DNA of 54,525 nt, the filler included, from Sluysia triapertura (taxonomy: Eukaryota), in the NCBI GenBank assembly GCA_046118255.1. It is 4 parts of 4 records of this genome, joined end to end, with 100 filler letters (N's around TTAATTAATTAA, not from the genome) between each part and the next. Parts side by side here need not be neighbours in the genome. Positions count along the whole stretch, not along the records: positions 43,236 to 54,525 come from JBJNIA010186303.1; 3 more parts are not named here. One strand, written 5' to 3'. Both the position numbers and the translations under genes were made by a program. The notes below the pieces were generated by a model. The model had not been told where the DNA came from. It searched no databases and worked only from the letters and a program-made list of their open reading frames with translations. This document shows, piece by piece, positions 49,766 through 54,525 of this stretch; position 1 is the first letter of the stretch, and the number at the start of each line of letters is the position of its first letter.

Positions 49766-50349
49766 TTTTAAATCGAATAAACATGTTTAATTCATGTAAA
49801 GTCACATATAATAGTACAAGAAGTAAAGTTTTGAAAGTTTTTATAATAATTATAATCACAATAGCAATAATCGAATATAATAATGTAAGGAGTACATTAT
49901 TTATTTTTTTATAAATTTTATCTTTAAGTTTAAATATATATATATTTCTGAAAATTGATATATTTCTGAAAATTGAATTATTTATAAATTTAATTGTTAA
50001 AGTAAATTGTAAACTAACGATTATTAATTCTTAAATTTTTAATTTTAGTATAATAATATTTAGTATTATAAGATAATACTTCTACAATAATAATAGTAAA
50101 TTAATTAATAATATAAGAAAAACCATAACAAAATTAATTAGTAACTTTAAGTACTAAGACTGTACAAAAAACAAACCACACAAAATTAATTAGTAACTTT
50201 AAGTACTAAGACTGTACAAAAAACAAACCACAAACAACAAATACAAAAATTAAATTTGTATAAATAGCAGTTATGTAAAAAATTTTATTTCAAAGTTCTT
50301 TTATAACCAAGTTATTTTAAATCGAATAAACATGTTTAATTCATGTAAA
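49766..50349 (+). repeat. 35-bp exact direct repeats (49766-49800, 50315-50349) enclosing 18-bp and 52-bp tandem duplications
   Basis: ttttaaatcgaataaacatgtttaattcatgtaaa occurs twice. Tandem duplications: 18 bp x2 at 49940-49975 and 52 bp x2 at 50128-50231. Confidence 0.9.
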
Positions 50350-50939
50350 ATCATGAATAAAGATTAATTTGAAAATTTTGGAAAATTTATTGTTTACTAG
50401 TCTGATCAGCTAATCGAATTAATTTTTTGAACGGATTAAAATTGTTTGTTGCAAGAGTAATCGTCAGTCTATTAATTTTTTAAGAATTCTAATACAAAAT
50501 TCATTTTTAGTTAGAATTTTATAAAAACTTTAAAACGGTTTTTGATGGATCTTTAAATTAAAATTAACTACTGGATTACTACACTCATATAGTAATCTCG
50601 CAAACTATTATACATTTGTATATATTAAAAATTGTTTAAATTATTGTAAATAACCTTTTTCGATTTCATTAATCTTCTATTGTTAATTTGGTTTCATATA
50701 ATTTTACCATTTAATTAATTTTGATCTTTATCGAGGTTAAAAAATTTTAAATTCGATTATTTAATGTAAAAGAATTGAGTAATTAAAATCAAAATTTTTC
50801 CTTGATCCTTTTAAGATGAATCGGAAATAGAATTCAAAAAATAAATTCTATAATTTTAATTTACTTTACCATTTGAATATATTCGGTGTATAAAATTTAC
50901 ATTTTTTAGGTTCTGTTTAAATAGAACCATTTTAATAAC

Positions 50940-51165
50940 TAACCTCGCCGCAAAGCGGATAATAAATCTGTTGGACAAGTTTAGGATTATAAATTGATAT
51001 TGATCTCGCATTTAAGGGGACTTAGAATATTACACAGTTAATACGCAAGCATAATTGACTTCCACTATTCTTTTACATCCAAATCCTATGAACTAGCTGC
51101 TTCATGTAAGTCTAGGATAGTAGGACTCATTCATATTATTTATTGTTAAGGTAATTTTCAAGTTT
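50940..51165 (+). repeat. Dispersed repeat, copy 2 (see 15760-16035)
   Basis: ctcgccgcaaagcgga, aattgatattgatctcgc, aaatcctatgaactagc, gtctaggatagtaggactcat, attatttattgttaag. Confidence 0.65.
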
Positions 51166-51679
51166 ATTCATTTTAAATTATTGATAAGCTGCCAATAATA
51201 GTAATAGTAATAATAATACAAAATTAATGATAAAAATTGAATTCCAAATATGGCTGCCAAAAAATTGTACCTCAGTGCCAATTCACATTTCATCGGATGA
51301 TTATGTAAGATTTTAAGAACAAGTGTGTACAAATATGTACGCATGCTATTTTTGCGGTACATAAAAATTGTCAAAGTAAATTAAGAGTATTAGTGACGTT
51401 AAAAATAAACCAATACAGTTGTATAAAAATTGTTAAACAAAAATAGGTCATAATTAAAAAAACAGTAAATTAAAAACATTTTTCGAAAATTTGCCAAAAG
51501 TAAAGTTCTAATGTTAAAAAATTAAGATGACTGCCAAACGAACAAGTTAAAAAATTCAGTAAAAAGGACTCAATAAAAATATATCCTAAAAGCAATTACA
51601 CTATAAATGTGAAAATAGTTGGTCGAATATCTCAAAGTTAACGTCAATATAGAAAAATCGAACCAAAACTTAAATAAGA

Positions 51680-52573
51680 ACCATGATAAAACAGACGATA
51701 ATCACGACAAATCTCAGAATCATATGACAAGCTAGCTTAGCAATCATTGAAGTAAATTATGATAACAAAGTAGTTTACAAAATTCATGTCAAACTGATTG
51801 ATGTAATTCAAGATGATAAATAAGTATCTCTAACAAATGATTTCAACAATGACAAAATAGACGACAATCAAATCTGAAATGATAATAACAAAAAGTTATT
51901 TTGTAAAATTCATGTCAAACTCATTAATGTAATTCAAGATAATAAAGAAGTATGTCAAACAAATAATTTTAATCATGATAAAATAGACGATAATCACAGC
52001 ATAAATAAAGCAGAACTAATGAATCAAAGCTCTTTTCAAAATGATCGTATGATTCATAACTTACCAAACATGATACATGAGTTAAATTATATTTGTTTTG
52101 AAATTTACTATAATGATGTTAGAGACATAATGACTCAAAATAGTACAAAAGTTGAATATGAAACTTACTGCATACCAGACAAGAACGACAGAGTAAGTAA
52201 AAATCCTAACATAGCAAATGATAAAAGTAACTTTTACTCTCAGGAAGATCTTACCATCTATGATGGGTTATATCTTAAATTCAATGTAAGTAAATTAATG
52301 TTAATAAGTTAACCGAGAATCACAATAATACAGTACTATTGTAAAGTAATTTGACATTTTAACGTATCACTTGATGAAGTAAATTCAACACATCTTCTGT
52401 CACATAAAAATCTCAGTTCCGCAATCTATGATCTGATGGATGAATTAAAGGCCCAATACCGCTGTGTAAATATAATTTCGAACTTAAGTAATAACCAATT
52501 AAATCACAGAGCAAAGATAAATTGTGGAGAGTTACGACTGAATAAAGTGGTTTTTAAACGTACGCTGCTTTGA
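51680..52573 (+). pseudogene. Degraded Asn/Asp-rich gene with a 126-bp (42-codon) internal repeat
   Basis: KIHVKLIDVIQDDK*VSLTNDFNNDKIDDNQ and KIHVKLINVIQDNKEVCQTNNFNHDKIDDNH are in frame with ORF 52019. Confidence 0.5.
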
Positions 52574-54456
52574 TCAAAACTTTACTTCGCATCATCGAAC
52601 CACTTTTCCTAAATGATTCCAACATGATTATTGATTGATACGAAAAGAGACCTAAAGTATTAAATATTTGTGCATTTTATGAATTTTTTAATGTGAGTTT
52701 TGACTTAAATAATTTTATACTAAATTGTTTGCTCTCCTGGATTGTTCAACTTCTTTAACTAATAAAATTTTCATGTTATTCAATTATAATGTAATAGTAA
52801 TCTAATACATTGTATTAAATTCATAAAATTTTATATGTTAACAAAACCTTCATGTAAGGAGAACTTAAATACCATTATTAATGGTATAAAAGTAAATTAT
52901 AAGTACAATTACATCGACGTTACAATTATTCACAACCAGTTCTGTTATGACATGTTATTTAAGTTCACTGCGAATCTTGTCCATGTTAATCTTTTGATAT
53001 TACATCAAAATGTTTCGTTTGTAATTCATCTCATACCTTCCAACTCCTTTACGAATACATGTACTATGACACTGTGTTCTGCAATGTTCATTAAAGCGTT
53101 ACGTTGACTTATTCCATGTTTATAATAACTTCCACACAAAATGCGTAAACAGTCGATACATCAAAATATCTCTAATTTACCATAAAATCTATAATCAAAC
53201 AATTTGATAAAGTTAACGAAATGAAAGTCATTACGGAATTCTTAATGTTTGTGAACTCCTTCAAGCAGATAAAGTCAATCATTACATATACATTCTTAAA
53301 ACAATTGTTAGTCCTAAACTTGCATTTAATATTTTTGTTGATAAATATTTTAGTCCTTACATTTTCCTTTGTTATAGGGAAGTTCGTACACGTAAATTTA
53401 AAGATTAAAGATGCATTTTAATGTAAATAAAGAATTTATTAATAAGATTTTAGTAGATGAATTTTATTGTATCATAAACCGTAATAAAAGTAATTTTATG
53501 ATATTTAAAGAGTTTTATAAACGTTATTTTAAATGCGTAAAATTTAAACATAAGCTCACACAGTAATGGTAGATATATACGTTGTCTCAATAATTCTTTT
53601 ATATTTTATCAATCTAACGTGGAAAAGCATTGTTTATATTTACCCTAATCACTTATATTTCGAGACCTTCAAGCTTCTTTGTAATTTTCATTCTCAACGC
53701 AGTTATCCTAGTTATAAATTATCGTTCCTTCGCGCCTAGGTTGAATATCTATATATTAAAAGGAACAATTAATTACAATTATAAAATAAATATAACACTC
53801 GATTTTCTTCCGACAATACACAATACTTCTTACGAACATGAATTTACATTACATAAGGAAAAACATATACCTAAACCACAAACATCAGTATAAAAGCCAT
53901 CCAATATCATCATAAATATAAATAATACCGACCTAGAAATTTAACATCACAAAAACAGTTTTATCAAGCATCTCTAGTCTTGTATAATCTGTATCACACA
54001 GTATCAACATTCATATACAAATGGCATACAAATATGCACGTCAACATAAACCAATGTTAAACCAACATAAACATTGTCAATTAATATTATTAGCTTTACT
54101 CAAATATACTTATACATCAATATACATATTTAAACGTACATACTTTTTTAATTATTTATAGATTGATTAAATAATGCACTTATTAAATTTTACAATAAAA
54201 TGACAATATATTTTTGAGTCATTTTTAGAATATTCAAACCATTACTTAAATAGGAATTATTGAAACTTTTCGACATATACGCCAAAATAATAAATAAATT
54301 TATTATTATTATTAATGCGCCCATTTATAATAGGTTTGATATTCTTATTATAAAACACAAGCATTATTATAAAATCAAACACAGCTCGGATACAAAAATT
54401 ATTAGAAAATCCGCATTCTAATAACAAAGCCGAAAATATTAAAATAATTAAATTTC

Positions 54457-54457
<1 letters not shown>

Positions 54458-54525
<68 letters not shown>
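54458..54525. repeat. (AAT)n microsatellite running off the window end
   Basis: More than 20 units. Confidence 0.97.

Noticed and set aside
50128-50231. CRISPR or regulatory array
   Set aside because: Simple head-to-tail 52-bp duplication with no spacers.
2131-53893. Most 60-100 aa ORFs with TTG/GTG starts rich in I/F/L/K/N
   Set aside because: Expected by chance in very AT-rich DNA, and alternative starts are not applicable to this eukaryotic sequence.
54458-54525. Telomeric repeat
   Set aside because: (AAT)n also occurs internally (14743, 43236), so it is an ordinary microsatellite at an assembly or window break.

Overview
Very AT-rich eukaryotic (metazoan) DNA, not prokaryotic. It is four contigs joined by artificial 100-bp N44-TTAATTAATTAA-N44 linkers (1-12019, 12120-27894, 27995-43135, 43236-54525), plus one plain 128-N gap. 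Adjacency across the linkers is meaningless. The least degraded genes are an intronless, internally duplicated Cys/His zinc-finger gene (about 260/448-1857) and the N-terminal half of the cohesin loader MAU2/Scc4, which has a 43-nt intron (2229-3195). The rest is mostly degraded gene copies and transposon relics. Gene relics: a tripartite ARIH2-N-terminus + DEAD-box + Unkempt-CCCH chimera, a UBFD1-like ubiquitin-domain chimera, two CYHR1-like relics, an RBCK1/HOIL-1-like RBR relic, two BTB-like relics and an RPL17 pseudogene. Transposon relics: piggyBac, hAT and MULE remnants, a tRNA-Leu primer-binding site, and an LTR-like repeat family starting TGTGGTGG. The most interesting pattern is that several chimeric or orphan genes, enriched for ubiquitin-system modules, sit downstream of the same TGTGGTGG repeat and/or a shared cis-module (paired CTGTC-N7-GACAG palindromes plus GGACATCCAATCA). 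All homology calls are by-eye motif recognition from memory, not database searches.
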